From Candidatus Kaiserbacteria bacterium (GTDB lineage Bacteria; Patescibacteriota; Minisyncoccia; Phycocordibacterales; Phycocordibacteraceae), in contig OY969413.1 in the NCBI GenBank assembly GCA_963699165.1, positions 660,562-724,561 of the forward strand: a DNA stretch of 64,000 bases. Direction: 5' to 3'. Of the stretch, positions 9,380-18,680 are shown in pieces. The position numbers and the translations under genes are program-made. Every line of letters starts with the position of its first letter. Position 1 is the first letter of the stretch. A model generated the notes under the pieces. The model did not search any database. It was not told the DNA's origin and saw only the letters and a program-made list of their open reading frames with translations.

Positions 9380-10144
9380 TTATGCGGTGATAATACGCGC
9401 TCCGTTCTTTTCTATCAAGATGGTGTGTTCGAAGTGTGCGCTTTTCGAGCCGTCCTTTGTGCGATACGTGTAGCCGTCGGGCGCGAGCGTCACGGCGGCT
9501 TTCCCGGCGGTCGCAATCGGTTCGAGCGCGAGCACCATACCCTCCTCAATGAGCGGCCCCTGATTCGGACGGCCGAAATTCGGAATAAACGGTTCCTCGT
9601 GCACAACGTCGCCGACGCCGTGACCGCCGAGTTCTTTCACGACCGAAAATCCAGCGCCTTCGATTTCTATTTGAATCGCATTTGAAACTGCACCCATTCG
9701 ATTGCCAGGTAGTGCTGCAGCAATGCCGGCAGCGAGCGCGACTTCGGTCGCGCGAAGAAGCTTTTTCGTTTGGTCGCTTATCTCGCCGACCGGAACCGTA
9801 ATCGCCGCATCAACGACAATGCCATTGTGAATGAGACCGAGGTCGAGCGAGACGATGTCGCCCGTTTTCAGCTTCTTTGGCGATTCGTTTGGAATGCCGT
9901 GAACAACCTCGTCGTTTATGGAAACGCAGAGCGTCGCGGGATACGCGCGGCGCGCGCCTTCGGGCGTGTAATTAAGAAATGCGGGCTCGTCGCCGCCGTC
10001 GCGGATGACCTGCTCGGCCAAATCATCCAGCTCTTCGGTCGTCACGCCGGGCGCAACTTTTGAGCGCAGCGTTTTCAGGAGCGCGCCGAGACGCTTCCCC
10101 GCTTCGATGAGATTCGCCCGTTCTTCGTCGGTCTTGATAATCAT
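9380..10144 (-). CDS. map: Methionine aminopeptidase type I
   Basis: CVSINDEVVHGIP, GHGVG...HEEP, SAHFEHTI. Confidence 0.95.
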   Translation of the reverse strand: MIIKTDEERANLIEAGKRLGALLKTLRSKVAPGVTTEELDDLAEQVIRDGGDEPAFLNYTPEGARRAYPATLCVSINDEVVHGIPNESPKKLKTGDIVSLDLGLIHNGIVVDAAITVPVGEISDQTKKLLRATEVALAAGIAAALPGNRMGAVSNAIQIEIEGAGFSVVKELGGHGVGDVVHEEPFIPNFGRPNQGPLIEEGMVLALEPIATAGKAAVTLAPDGYTYRTKDGSKSAHFEHTILIEKNGARIITA

Positions 10145-10731
10145 GCGATATGGAACGCCGCGCGGATGTCGCGAGCGACTTCGTCAGGAGATTGTTCGCC
10201 ATTTATATCGACTACTGCTCCTTTCGTGCGGAAAAAATCGACGGCCTCTTTTGTATGCTTTGCGAACTCATCGAGCCGGATGCGTATTTTTTCTTCCGTG
10301 TCGCTATCCGGCCGGTGCTCTGCGCGCGCGCGGCTAAGCTGCCGGCGCATGACTTCTTCTTCACTGACTTCCAGATTGATGACGCGGTATGGGCGATTAA
10401 GCCATTCCGCCACCTCGTCGAAAAGCTCGGCTTCCTCTTTCCAGCGGCCCGTTCCTTCGAAGATAACGCCCGCGCCATGCGGCAGATGCAGAAGCGCGTC
10501 TTCAAAAAGATACTCGGCAAACCATGTGGGCAAAAGTTTGCCCGTGTCATACACCTGCTTCACGCGCTCGCCGAGCGCATCGCGGTGTTCGCGCAATTCC
10601 CGAAATCGCTCGCCGGTCGAAAATAAATGGTACCCGGTAAGCTCGGCGAGCCGGCGGGCTTGCGTCTCTTTGCCCGAGCCGGGACGGCCGATAAAAAGAA
10701 TCGTGCGAACGTCTGGATTATTCTGCGTCAT
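10141..10731 (-). CDS. adk: Adenylate kinase (short, LID-less form)
   Basis: P-loop GRPGSGKET, FSTGERFR, RPD...IRIRL; located between secY and map. Confidence 0.85.
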   Translation of the reverse strand: MTQNNPDVRTILFIGRPGSGKETQARRLAELTGYHLFSTGERFRELREHRDALGERVKQVYDTGKLLPTWFAEYLFEDALLHLPHGAGVIFEGTGRWKEEAELFDEVAEWLNRPYRVINLEVSEEEVMRRQLSRARAEHRPDSDTEEKIRIRLDEFAKHTKEAVDFFRTKGAVVDINGEQSPDEVARDIRAAFHIA

Positions 10732-10736
10732 GCGCT

Positions 10737-11336
10737 CTATGATACTCCCTTCGCCTCGCGAATGACAGAGCCGACGAGCGCGGAAAACTTGTCTTTCGCC
10801 GCATCGAGCTCGCCGTTTCTGTTCGAAATGATGACATCCGCATTATTTTTATATGCCGTCTCGTGTTCGTAGCGCACTTTGCGTTTCTCGAGCTCCGTTT
10901 CGGGAATCGGGGCGCGCGCGAGGATACGCGCGCGCAATTCCTCCCACGAACCGGCATCGACAAAAACGGTCCTTAGAGCTTCTTTTGGCAACAGCTTCTC
11001 AATCGCCTGCACGCCCTGCATTTCGATTTCGTGCAGTACCACGTGACCGCTCGAAAGCGCATCGAGCACTTCCCGTTTCGGCGTGCCGTACAGGTTTCCG
11101 CCATATTCCGCCGACTCGAGAAATTGCCCCGAATCGCGCTCGCGCTCGAATTCTTCGCGCGTTACAAAATGATATTCTTTCCCGTTTGTTTCGCCGGGGC
11201 GCATGGAACGCGTGGTCGACGAAACCGGAAAACGCAGTTCCGGGTACAGGGAAAGCGCGTAGCGCATGAGCTCGCCTTTGCCGCTTCCGCTTGGTCCGAA
11301 CACGAGGATGATTTTTCCTGTGATGTGCGGCTCCAT
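10737..11336 (-). CDS. gmk: Guanylate kinase
   Basis: GPSGSGK, VSSTTRSMRPGETNGKEYHFV, NLYGTP. Confidence 0.93.
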   Translation of the reverse strand: MEPHITGKIILVFGPSGSGKGELMRYALSLYPELRFPVSSTTRSMRPGETNGKEYHFVTREEFERERDSGQFLESAEYGGNLYGTPKREVLDALSSGHVVLHEIEMQGVQAIEKLLPKEALRTVFVDAGSWEELRARILARAPIPETELEKRKVRYEHETAYKNNADVIISNRNGELDAAKDKFSALVGSVIREAKGVS

Positions 11337-11344
11337 GGCGGTTA

Positions 11345-12619
11345 TTAATATTCCCGCAACGAAACTTGAGCGTTTATTTTGTTGGCAAGATCGAGCGTCA
11401 CCTGCACGGCAATGAGAAGAGCGGTGCCGCCAAGAACGATGGTCGTAACGCCGGTAAGCCCCTCGATGATTGACGGCGCGACGGCGATGAGGCCGAGAAA
11501 TACCGCGCCGGGGAACGTGATGCGGTTCACCACCTTGCCGATGTATTCTTCAGTCTCACGACCTGGGCGAACGCCTGGAATGAATGCGCCGGACTTCTGA
11601 AGATTTTCAGCGACGCGGTGCGGTTCAAACGTGACGGCGGTGTAGAAGTACGTAAAGAGAACGACAAGCACGAAATACACCGAGCCGTATTTCCACGGAT
11701 TCGAGAGGAATGCGGAATACCAGAGCGACGCGCCTGCGGCAAACGAGATATGAAGCGAGCTAAGCACCGAAAGAGCCATTTGCGGAAGAAGCAAAAGCGA
11801 AAGCGCGAAGATAATTGGAATCACGCCGGCCTGCAGGAGGCGAATCGGAAGGTATGTCGCTGCGCCTTGCGAAGCCGCGGTGCCCCGCACTGCACGCGCG
11901 TAGGCAATCGGAATCGAACGCTCCGCGTCCGACACGACGACGACCGCGTAAATCATGGCGAGCGCGAGGAACAGAAAGGCAAGATACGACGGAATATTTG
12001 CAGCCGAAGCCGCGAAGATGCTCTGAGAGACGCCCGCCGGAATGCGCGCAAGTATGCCCGCGAGGATGATGAGCGAGACACCGTTGCCGATGCCGAATTC
12101 GGTGACGAGTTCGCCGAGCCACATAAGGAACATCGAGCCGGCCGCGACAAGCAGAATATTTGCGATGAGCCCTATCGGGCTCAAGTGCGCAATGACACCC
12201 TGACTTTGCAACAGAAAAAGAAACGCTACCCCTTGCAAAATCGCAATCGGAATGGTGAGCAGGCGGCTCCATTCGATGAACTTCGCGCGGCCGGCCTCGC
12301 CTTCCTCAAAGTACGCCTGCTTCACTTGCGGGAAAATCATAGTGCCGAGCTGCATGATAATTGACGCCGTGATGTACGGACCGACGCCGAGCATCACCAC
12401 CGAAAGCTGGGCGAGGCCGCCGCCGGAAAAGAGGTTCAGGAGTCCGAAAAATTGATTGTTTGCAAAAAAGGAAGCGAGCGCATTCTTGTCGACGCCCGGA
12501 ATTGGAATAGACGCGAGAAAGCGGAAGAGCACAAGCGCGCCCGCAAGGAAGAAAATACGGAAACGAATTTGAGAATCGCCGAACGCGAGTTTGAGTTTGT
12601 GAATAAAAAAATTAAGCAT
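11345..12619 (-). CDS. secY: Preprotein translocase subunit SecY
   Basis: LGVGPYITASIIMQL, GIGNGVSL, FIPGVRPG. Confidence 0.96.
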   Translation of the reverse strand: MLNFFIHKLKLAFGDSQIRFRIFFLAGALVLFRFLASIPIPGVDKNALASFFANNQFFGLLNLFSGGGLAQLSVVMLGVGPYITASIIMQLGTMIFPQVKQAYFEEGEAGRAKFIEWSRLLTIPIAILQGVAFLFLLQSQGVIAHLSPIGLIANILLVAAGSMFLMWLGELVTEFGIGNGVSLIILAGILARIPAGVSQSIFAASAANIPSYLAFLFLALAMIYAVVVVSDAERSIPIAYARAVRGTAASQGAATYLPIRLLQAGVIPIIFALSLLLLPQMALSVLSSLHISFAAGASLWYSAFLSNPWKYGSVYFVLVVLFTYFYTAVTFEPHRVAENLQKSGAFIPGVRPGRETEEYIGKVVNRITFPGAVFLGLIAVAPSIIEGLTGVTTIVLGGTALLIAVQVTLDLANKINAQVSLREY

Positions 12620-13064
12620 GGCTTGTGCCGCCGGCGGCGGCAAGCGCGGCACGCGCGCCCTTCGAAATGGCACAGTCCTCGACGATGAGCGCCTTCGTGA
12701 GCGGACCGGCCCCGAGAATCTTCACCGCGGGCGCGCGGCCTTTCGAGCGGCGCACGAGGCCTTTCGCGAGAAGCGTTGCGGGAGAAATCGTCTCGCCCGC
12801 TTTGTAATTGAGCTCGATGTCGGCAAGATTGACGGCTGTTACCGCGATGCGGTTCGTGCGAATTGTGCGTGCACGGTTTTGCCCGTGTCCGCGGAGCTTC
12901 GGAAGTTTTTTGATTAGATCGCGGACTTCCGGACGGATTTTGTGTCCCGCGCGCGCGGTCTGCCCTTTGCCGCCGTGGCCGGACGTCTTGCCGCGCTTGC
13001 CGCCGCGCCCGACGGGCGCGTTCTTTTTGTTTTTTGTGCGGGGTGAAAGCGAGTTGAGTTGCAT
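12612..13064 (-). CDS. rplO: 50S ribosomal protein L15
   Basis: GRGGKRGKTSGHGGKGQTARAG; start at MQLNSL. Confidence 0.93.
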   Translation of the reverse strand: MQLNSLSPRTKNKKNAPVGRGGKRGKTSGHGGKGQTARAGHKIRPEVRDLIKKLPKLRGHGQNRARTIRTNRIAVTAVNLADIELNYKAGETISPATLLAKGLVRRSKGRAPAVKILGAGPLTKALIVEDCAISKGARAALAAAGGTSHA

Positions 13065-13074
13065 GGTACGGAAA

Positions 13075-13692
13075 TTATTTTGCGCGGAGCTTTTTGAGAG
13101 CGGCGACCGTTGCGCGAGCGATAGTGAGCTTGTTTTTCGAGCGGGTGTGAATCTTGGTGACGACATCGGTGACGCCGGCAAGTTCAAGCACGGTGCGCAC
13201 TGCCGAACCGGCAACAAGGCCGCGGCCTCTCGAAGGAATGATTTCAACCTCCGAAGACGCATACTTTGTCGAGACCTGATGCGGAATCGAGCCGGACGCT
13301 GTGCGAGGTACCGTGAAAAGATGCTTCTTTGCGTCGCGCGTTGCCTTGTCGATGGCAAGCGCAGTGTCGACGCCTTTACCAAGACCGACGCCGACGCGGC
13401 CCTTGCGGTCGCCGATGACGACAACCAAGCTGAAATTGAAGCGGCGGCCGCCTGCCATGACGCGCGCCACGCGGCGGGCATCAATGGTGACCTGGTCGAA
13501 CTCGCCGCGTTCGCGCGGAGCTCGTGCGCGATTGCCGCCGCGAGGCGCGCGTCCGCGGATTGCGCCGCGGCCCGTGCGCGCCGGTGCTGCGGTTTCGACC
13601 GGAACAGCGGCCGCAAGAACCGCCTCTTCAGCGACCGCTTCCGCTGCGCCTTCAGTTACTGCTACTTTCTCCTGTTCCATGTCAGTTGCCAT
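13075..13692 (-). CDS. rpsE: 30S ribosomal protein S5
   Basis: RRVARVMAGGRRFNFSLVVVIGDRKGRVGVG. Confidence 0.95.
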   Translation of the reverse strand: MATDMEQEKVAVTEGAAEAVAEEAVLAAAVPVETAAPARTGRGAIRGRAPRGGNRARAPRERGEFDQVTIDARRVARVMAGGRRFNFSLVVVIGDRKGRVGVGLGKGVDTALAIDKATRDAKKHLFTVPRTASGSIPHQVSTKYASSEVEIIPSRGRGLVAGSAVRTVLELAGVTDVVTKIHTRSKNKLTIARATVAALKKLRAK

Positions 13693-13696
13693 ACTA

Positions 13697-14047
13697 TTAA
13701 AAAGTGAGACCGGCCGCACGTGCAGCATCGGCAAGCGACTTCACCTGTCCGCCATAGCGGTAGCCGCCGCGGTCAAACACGATTGCGGTAACGCCGAGCG
13801 CCTTTGCCTTCTTTGCGATTGCTTCGCCGACGGATGTTGCCTGCACCGACTGCGGTCCTTTGAATTCTCGGCCGTGCGATGCGGCAATCGTCTTCCCTGC
13901 CGCGTCGTCGATAAGCTGCGCCGAAACAAAGCGGTTGCTGCGGTACACCGCAAGGCGCGGGCGTTCGGGAGTGCCTTTTATTTGCGAACGCACGCGCAAG
14001 TGGCGGCGCTTTCGAAGTTCGGAATTGGTTGTTGGTTTTTTGTTCAT
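13697..14047 (-). CDS. rplR: 50S ribosomal protein L18
   Basis: RPRLAVYRSN, VFDRGGYRYGGQV. Confidence 0.95.
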   Translation of the reverse strand: MNKKPTTNSELRKRRHLRVRSQIKGTPERPRLAVYRSNRFVSAQLIDDAAGKTIAASHGREFKGPQSVQATSVGEAIAKKAKALGVTAIVFDRGGYRYGGQVKSLADAARAAGLTF

Positions 14048-14053
14048 AAATTT

Positions 14054-14584
14054 CTACACGGACTTCTTGCCCTGCTTGCGGCGAATGACTTCCCCATCAT
14101 AGCGAATGCCCTTGCCGAGATACGGTTCCGGCGGCTTCACGCGGCGAATGTTTGCGGCAAACTGCCCAAGCGACTCTTTATCGATGCTTTCGAGCTTGAT
14201 GACGTTCTTTTCGACGGTCGCCGTGATGCCTTCCGGAATCGCAAGCGGCACCGTGTGCGAGAAGCCGACGGTAAGCACGATGTCCTTCCCCTTCACTTCG
14301 ACCTTAAAGCCAACGCCTTCGAGAATAAGCTTTGTAAGATACGGCGTCTCAACGCCCTGCACCATGTTTTTTACGTGCGAAGCAAACGTGCCGGTAAGCG
14401 CTTTTGCGAGACGTGAATTGTCCTTCGGAGTAACGAGGACGCCGGTCGGCTCGACTGCGATGCCGATTGAAGGATGGACGCGCTTCGTAAGCGTGCCCTT
14501 CGCGCCTTTCACGGTGAGCACACCGCTCGCCACGGAGACGTTCGTCTTTCCTACTGAAATCGGTTTTTTAGCAAGGCGTGACAT
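14054..14584 (-). CDS. rplF: 50S ribosomal protein L6
   Basis: MSRLAKKPI, PPEPYLGKGIRY. Confidence 0.95.
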   Translation of the reverse strand: MSRLAKKPISVGKTNVSVASGVLTVKGAKGTLTKRVHPSIGIAVEPTGVLVTPKDNSRLAKALTGTFASHVKNMVQGVETPYLTKLILEGVGFKVEVKGKDIVLTVGFSHTVPLAIPEGITATVEKNVIKLESIDKESLGQFAANIRRVKPPEPYLGKGIRYDGEVIRRKQGKKSV

Positions 14585-14626
14585 GGCTAGATTTTATTAT
14601 GAGCGGAGCGAATTAGAAAATCAGCC

Positions 14627-14691
14627 ACCCTGTTAAATACATTTGCTCCGCATGCTCCGCAAATGTCCCGCTTGGCGGGATTTAACAGGGT
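14627..14691. repeat. Intergenic palindromic element (CCTGTTAAA variant of the CCGTTAGA family)
   Basis: 12-bp IR ACCCTGTTAAAT / ATTTAACAGGGT enclosing two inner hairpins. Confidence 0.6.
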
Positions 14692-14729
14692 AAGCAAACT
14701 GTAATTCATTTCATTCATAACAGTATTGC

Positions 14730-15134
14730 TTACCAAATCTCGAAGAGGTCTTCTCCGCCGACGCGGTTCTTGCGTGCCTCCGCATCGGAAATGATGCCGA
14801 GCGAAGAAGACATGATGCGCGCTCCCGTGCCGCCCTTCACGCGATGCGCCTCCGTGTGCGGAGCGTAAAGGCGGCGGCCCGGCTTGCTGATGCGCTTCAC
14901 GCCGCGGAGCTTTGCCTGACCGCGCTCGTTATAGGCGAGTGTAACAACAAGATCTTTCTTAATCTCGCTTTCGCCGCGCGCCTTCACATCGACGCTTTCA
15001 ATAAAGCCAAGCTCCTTGAGCTTCTTTGCGATTGCCGAAAGATGCACCGAGTACGGCACCGTCACATCGCGCTTGCCGATGAGTGCGGCATTTTGCAAAC
15101 GAATTATGAAATCTCCAACGCGGTCGCTTACCAT
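14730..15134 (-). CDS. rpsH: 30S ribosomal protein S8
   Basis: [33 protein letters not shown]. Confidence 0.95.
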   Translation of the reverse strand: MVSDRVGDFIIRLQNAALIGKRDVTVPYSVHLSAIAKKLKELGFIESVDVKARGESEIKKDLVVTLAYNERGQAKLRGVKRISKPGRRLYAPHTEAHRVKGGTGARIMSSSLGIISDAEARKNRVGGEDLFEIW

Positions 15135-15397
15135 GATGCTTTCTTAACGCCCGGAATCTTTCCCTCGAGCGCGAGCTCGCGGAACTGGATGCGGGACAAC
15201 CCAAAGGTGCGCATATAGCCGCGCGAACGACCGGTAATCGCGCAGCGGTTCTTCAAACGGGACGGAGCGGAGTTTCTCGGGAGCGCCTGCAGGCCTGCAG
15301 AATCACCGGCCAGCTTCAAAGCCGCACGCTTTACCGCGTACTTCTTCACGAGTTTCGCCTTTTTGGCGTATCGCGCGAGCTGGGATTTTTTGGCCAT
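15128..15397 (-). CDS. rpsN: 30S ribosomal protein S14 (89-aa, Zn-independent type)
   Basis: [43 protein letters not shown]. Confidence 0.95.
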   Translation of the reverse strand: MAKKSQLARYAKKAKLVKKYAVKRAALKLAGDSAGLQALPRNSAPSRLKNRCAITGRSRGYMRTFGLSRIQFRELALEGKIPGVKKASW

Positions 15398-15501
15398 AAG
15401 GTTGCTTACTTTCGACGTTCGTTCGGAAAAAGAGAAGCGAACCTTCTCTTTTTACTCACTCACTGGAAAGTAAAAAATAAAGCTCCGAGGAGCGTTCAGG
15501 T

Positions 15502-15530
15502 ACTGTATCAAATAGCGTCTACGGCGTCAA
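15502..15530 (-). promoter_or_regulatory. Sigma70-type promoter for the rpsN-secY unit
   Basis: TTGACG, 17-bp spacer, TACAGT with extended TG. Confidence 0.7.
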
Positions 15531-16570
15531 ACCTGTGTACGCGTCCAGTACTTTTGGCAGTCCCCGACGGTTAATGTACACACAATATACCGCAAGGGGG
15601 ACACCATGCCGAGCGACTGGTGCGGGCGTTTGGTGTTGTACCAAATCAGCCAGTCGACAAGCTTCAGATTGAAGGAATGAATATCGTCCCGCAGCAGGCC
15701 CCGATTCAGCATGATGAAGTCCTCGGAGACGGTGCGATTGAATCGTTCGACGTGGGCATTCATCTTGGGAGTGCGGGGGCGGGTGTGAAAGTGCGTGAGC
15801 CCGAGTTCGGCACAGGCATCCTCGAAGTGTTTGGCGAACTCGCTCCCGTTGTCGGTCTGCAACTCGTCGATATCGAAGGGGCAAACCTCGATGACTCGGC
15901 GAAGGAAGTCGTCCGCGCTTCTCGACGAGTGGTTCGTATACGCGCCCGCAAAGGCGAACTTCCGCTCCACGTCCACTGCCGTGAGGACGTACCGCTTCAC
16001 GCCGTCGATGAAGCGGACGACGGTATCGAGCTCCATGCCGCGCTTGCCGGTGCGGCGAAGCTTGGTACGGCGTTTCTGCGGTGTTTCCGTGTGATTGCCC
16101 GTACGTGCGTGGAACGAGAGCCGGCTCTGCTGCGGGAGCAGACCGCGGTTCTTCAAATCCAGAATGACCCGCCCAACGTATGACTCCGACACGGAGTACC
16201 CTTCTTCGCGCAGGAGAACGGCAAGCTTTGCTTTCCCAAGCCGGGGATGCGCCTGTCGTTCGCGGATGATGAAATCCTCGACCTCGGGCAGAACAGTCCT
16301 CCTTCGACGCGCCTTCGGCGCAGTGCTCTTCGGGTCAAGTGCATCAATGCGGCCCTCGTGGGCTTTGAGTTCCTCCTTCCAGCGATACAAGGTGCGCTCC
16401 GAGGTGCCAAAGGCGTCGTATGCGGCCTCCGTCCCGTGCATGTCCCAGAATCCCAATATCTTCACCCGTCTGTCGACTTCCTTTGGTTTCCGCATATGCC
16501 GCAATCGTATCGTCCTTTCCCACATGCTCAACCAGCCCTTCGTACCCCTGAAATTGCTTCTGATGTGCAT
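15527..16570 (-). CDS. IS481-like DDE transposase (rve integrase core)
   Basis: N-terminal HTH, ELDT...[36 protein letters not shown]; stop codon lies outside the IS. Confidence 0.9.
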   Translation of the reverse strand: MHIRSNFRGTKGWLSMWERTIRLRHMRKPKEVDRRVKILGFWDMHGTEAAYDAFGTSERTLYRWKEELKAHEGRIDALDPKSTAPKARRRRTVLPEVEDFIIRERQAHPRLGKAKLAVLLREEGYSVSESYVGRVILDLKNRGLLPQQSRLSFHARTGNHTETPQKRRTKLRRTGKRGMELDTVVRFIDGVKRYVLTAVDVERKFAFAGAYTNHSSRSADDFLRRVIEVCPFDIDELQTDNGSEFAKHFEDACAELGLTHFHTRPRTPKMNAHVERFNRTVSEDFIMLNRGLLRDDIHSFNLKLVDWLIWYNTKRPHQSLGMVSPLRYIVCTLTVGDCQKYWTRTQV

Positions 16571-16615
16571 ATATCCTCGGTTATGAGGACTGCCAAATGT
16601 ATCTGAACTTATGCA
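15536..16615 (-). mobile_element. IS481-like insertion sequence, copy 1 (1080 bp)
   Basis: Ends TGTACGCGTCCAGTACTTTTGGCAGTCC / GGACTGCCAAATGTATCTGAACTTATGCA; 5-bp TSD ACCTG at 15531-15535 and 16616-16620; near-identical copy at 21910-22989. Confidence 0.88.
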
Positions 16616-16661
16616 ACCTGATGGTGAGCAGGAATCGTGCTACCCGATAGAGGCAAAATGC

Positions 16662-17195
16662 TCAAGAATTTAACAAAACATCAACCAGCAATCTCAGGGT
16701 TTTATAACCGTTCTCAACTAACAATCTGTCTCTTCTATCATCAGGATTCTTCGCGCCATGGAATAAGTTATTTCTTATGGAATGCCAGAACTCAATCATA
16801 TTAACCCAATCCGAAAGATCCCTGATTTTCCCTTGTTCTACGCATATATGCTCTCTCGGATTCTCCTTTCCCGCGTGTGAACATTCCCAATACCAGATCG
16901 TATCAATCTCACCATTTTCACCGAGTGTACCCAACGGGCGAGTATCGAGCTCCTCTTTAATTATTTGCCAGGACTGATTCAGTTCTTGCTTTTCCTTAAC
17001 TAACGCCAAATATTCGTCCTTGTAGTAAGTGTCACGCTTTAATTCTCTGATTGCATTTGAATCAAGATTCTGGTCTACATATTTAACTCTCTTTAGAAAT
17101 CCTACAAAGGCGAGGTACTCAAAAACATATTTTGAAAAGTAGTCGTCATCTCCAGCTTTCAAATGCCAATTTCTAACAAGCTGCGTGTAATCCAT
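16662..17195 (-). CDS. HEPN-domain protein (Apea-like), putative RNase
   Basis: IRNNLFHGAK matches the HEPN R-x4-H motif; AT-rich. Confidence 0.6.
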   Translation of the reverse strand: MDYTQLVRNWHLKAGDDDYFSKYVFEYLAFVGFLKRVKYVDQNLDSNAIRELKRDTYYKDEYLALVKEKQELNQSWQIIKEELDTRPLGTLGENGEIDTIWYWECSHAGKENPREHICVEQGKIRDLSDWVNMIEFWHSIRNNLFHGAKNPDDRRDRLLVENGYKTLRLLVDVLLNS

Positions 17196-17215
17196 ATTTA
17201 GGCCTTAGACCAGCG

Positions 17216-18076
17216 TCATTTATCCCAATGTCTTTCTGGAGGTTGCAAATGGAGATTGGTCAAATCTGAGAGTTTTGTTCCCTGGCCTTCTTTATTTCTC
17301 GATACGATAAGTTGTTTCCCAGCTTGAGCAAGATCTCTCACGTCTTTGTCGTCAGATTTCAGCGCTTCATCTACGGCGTCTTCCGCCCACACGTTGCCAT
17401 ATTCCTCATAGAAATTGAAGACTGGCCGGAGTCTTTGCAATATTTCTTTTATTGCCTCAATCTCCTTAACGGAAAAAATGCTTAGTCCTTTATCGTCCGC
17501 TGGGAACCATTTCTCGGCTAAATCCTTTACAAAATAAGAATTCCAGCTCGCCACAAATCTGGGAAGAACCTCTTTGCCACCGATAAACGCAGCTCCGAGC
17601 CATGTAATTTTCTTTTGCAGAGCGTCAAAGATAAACGCGGAAAGCTGATCCCTGGCTTCTTGATTTGGAAATGATTCGAGGAAAATTTCCAAAACATCGT
17701 TCGCAGGCGGGTTCTTTCCGAAAATGTAAAGTTCGGCGAATTTGTCTACCTCGCCAATCGAATAAAATTCTTGTACAAGAAAAGAATCCTGAGTTCTATT
17801 TAAATTTCTCGCATTGAGGGCCAGTTCGTCAAATTTTTTCAAGCGCTCCGAATCTGAATCACCTATATTGCCCCGCATGTCAGCAACAATAGATTCCTTT
17901 ATTCCCCGTACGATACTTTCTTCAGCCTCATTTTCTACGCGTACTGGAGTGGTAAGTAATCGAGACATATCACCAATATTCACATTGGCCTTATCGATAA
18001 TTTCTTTCTTGACCAAGCCCATCCATTCCGGAAGTGGCAGATGATCTTTAAGAAATGGGTTAGTTTGTTCGCGCAT
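17216..18076 (-). CDS. Hypothetical helical protein
   Basis: 286-aa open frame in AT-rich DNA, acidic, no recognised motif. Confidence 0.7.
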   Translation of the reverse strand: MREQTNPFLKDHLPLPEWMGLVKKEIIDKANVNIGDMSRLLTTPVRVENEAEESIVRGIKESIVADMRGNIGDSDSERLKKFDELALNARNLNRTQDSFLVQEFYSIGEVDKFAELYIFGKNPPANDVLEIFLESFPNQEARDQLSAFIFDALQKKITWLGAAFIGGKEVLPRFVASWNSYFVKDLAEKWFPADDKGLSIFSVKEIEAIKEILQRLRPVFNFYEEYGNVWAEDAVDEALKSDDKDVRDLAQAGKQLIVSRNKEGQGTKLSDLTNLHLQPPERHWDK

Positions 18077-18129
18077 GGCCTTTGCTATGTCAGATGAACT
18101 CAGATCATCTCTTTTGGTTTTATTGGAGA

Positions 18130-18678
18130 CTATTTCTTCCCCGCCTCAACGATGAGCGGCATGCCGAGATGACGGAAGAAAGCCTCGGCCTCGGCCTTCC
18201 CTTTTGCGGTCGTCACAATGGTGATTGCGAGCCCGAAAACATCCTTAAGGTCTTCATCGCTCGTCTCGGGGAAAATGGTATTTTCCTTAATGCCGATCGT
18301 GAAATTACCCATGTCGTCGATGGCTTTCGGAGACAAGCCGCGGAAGTCGCGCGTTCGCGGAAGAGCGATGTGAATGAGTTTGTCGAGAAAATCGTACATG
18401 CGGGCGCCGCGAAGCGTCACTTGAAGTCCGACCGTGTCGCCTTGGCGAACCTTGAAGGACGCGATTGAGAGGCGCGCGGCGCGCGGCGCGGGCTTCTGCC
18501 CCGTAATCGTGGCGAGGCGGTCTTGAATAAGTTCAATCTGCTTCTTGTCGCGCTTCTTGCCGACGCCGGTCGAGACGACGACTTTGCTAATGCGCGGACC
18601 TTGCATCGGACTCGTGTATCCGAAAGTTTCCGCAAGTGCGAGATAGGCTGACTGCTGGCGCTGTTTGGTAATTGACAT
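18130..18678 (-). CDS. rplE: 50S ribosomal protein L5
   Basis: ITGQKP, ALPRTRDFRGL, IFPE. Confidence 0.95.
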   Translation of the reverse strand: MSITKQRQQSAYLALAETFGYTSPMQGPRISKVVVSTGVGKKRDKKQIELIQDRLATITGQKPAPRAARLSIASFKVRQGDTVGLQVTLRGARMYDFLDKLIHIALPRTRDFRGLSPKAIDDMGNFTIGIKENTIFPETSDEDLKDVFGLAITIVTTAKGKAEAEAFFRHLGMPLIVEAGKK

Positions 18679-18680
18679 AT

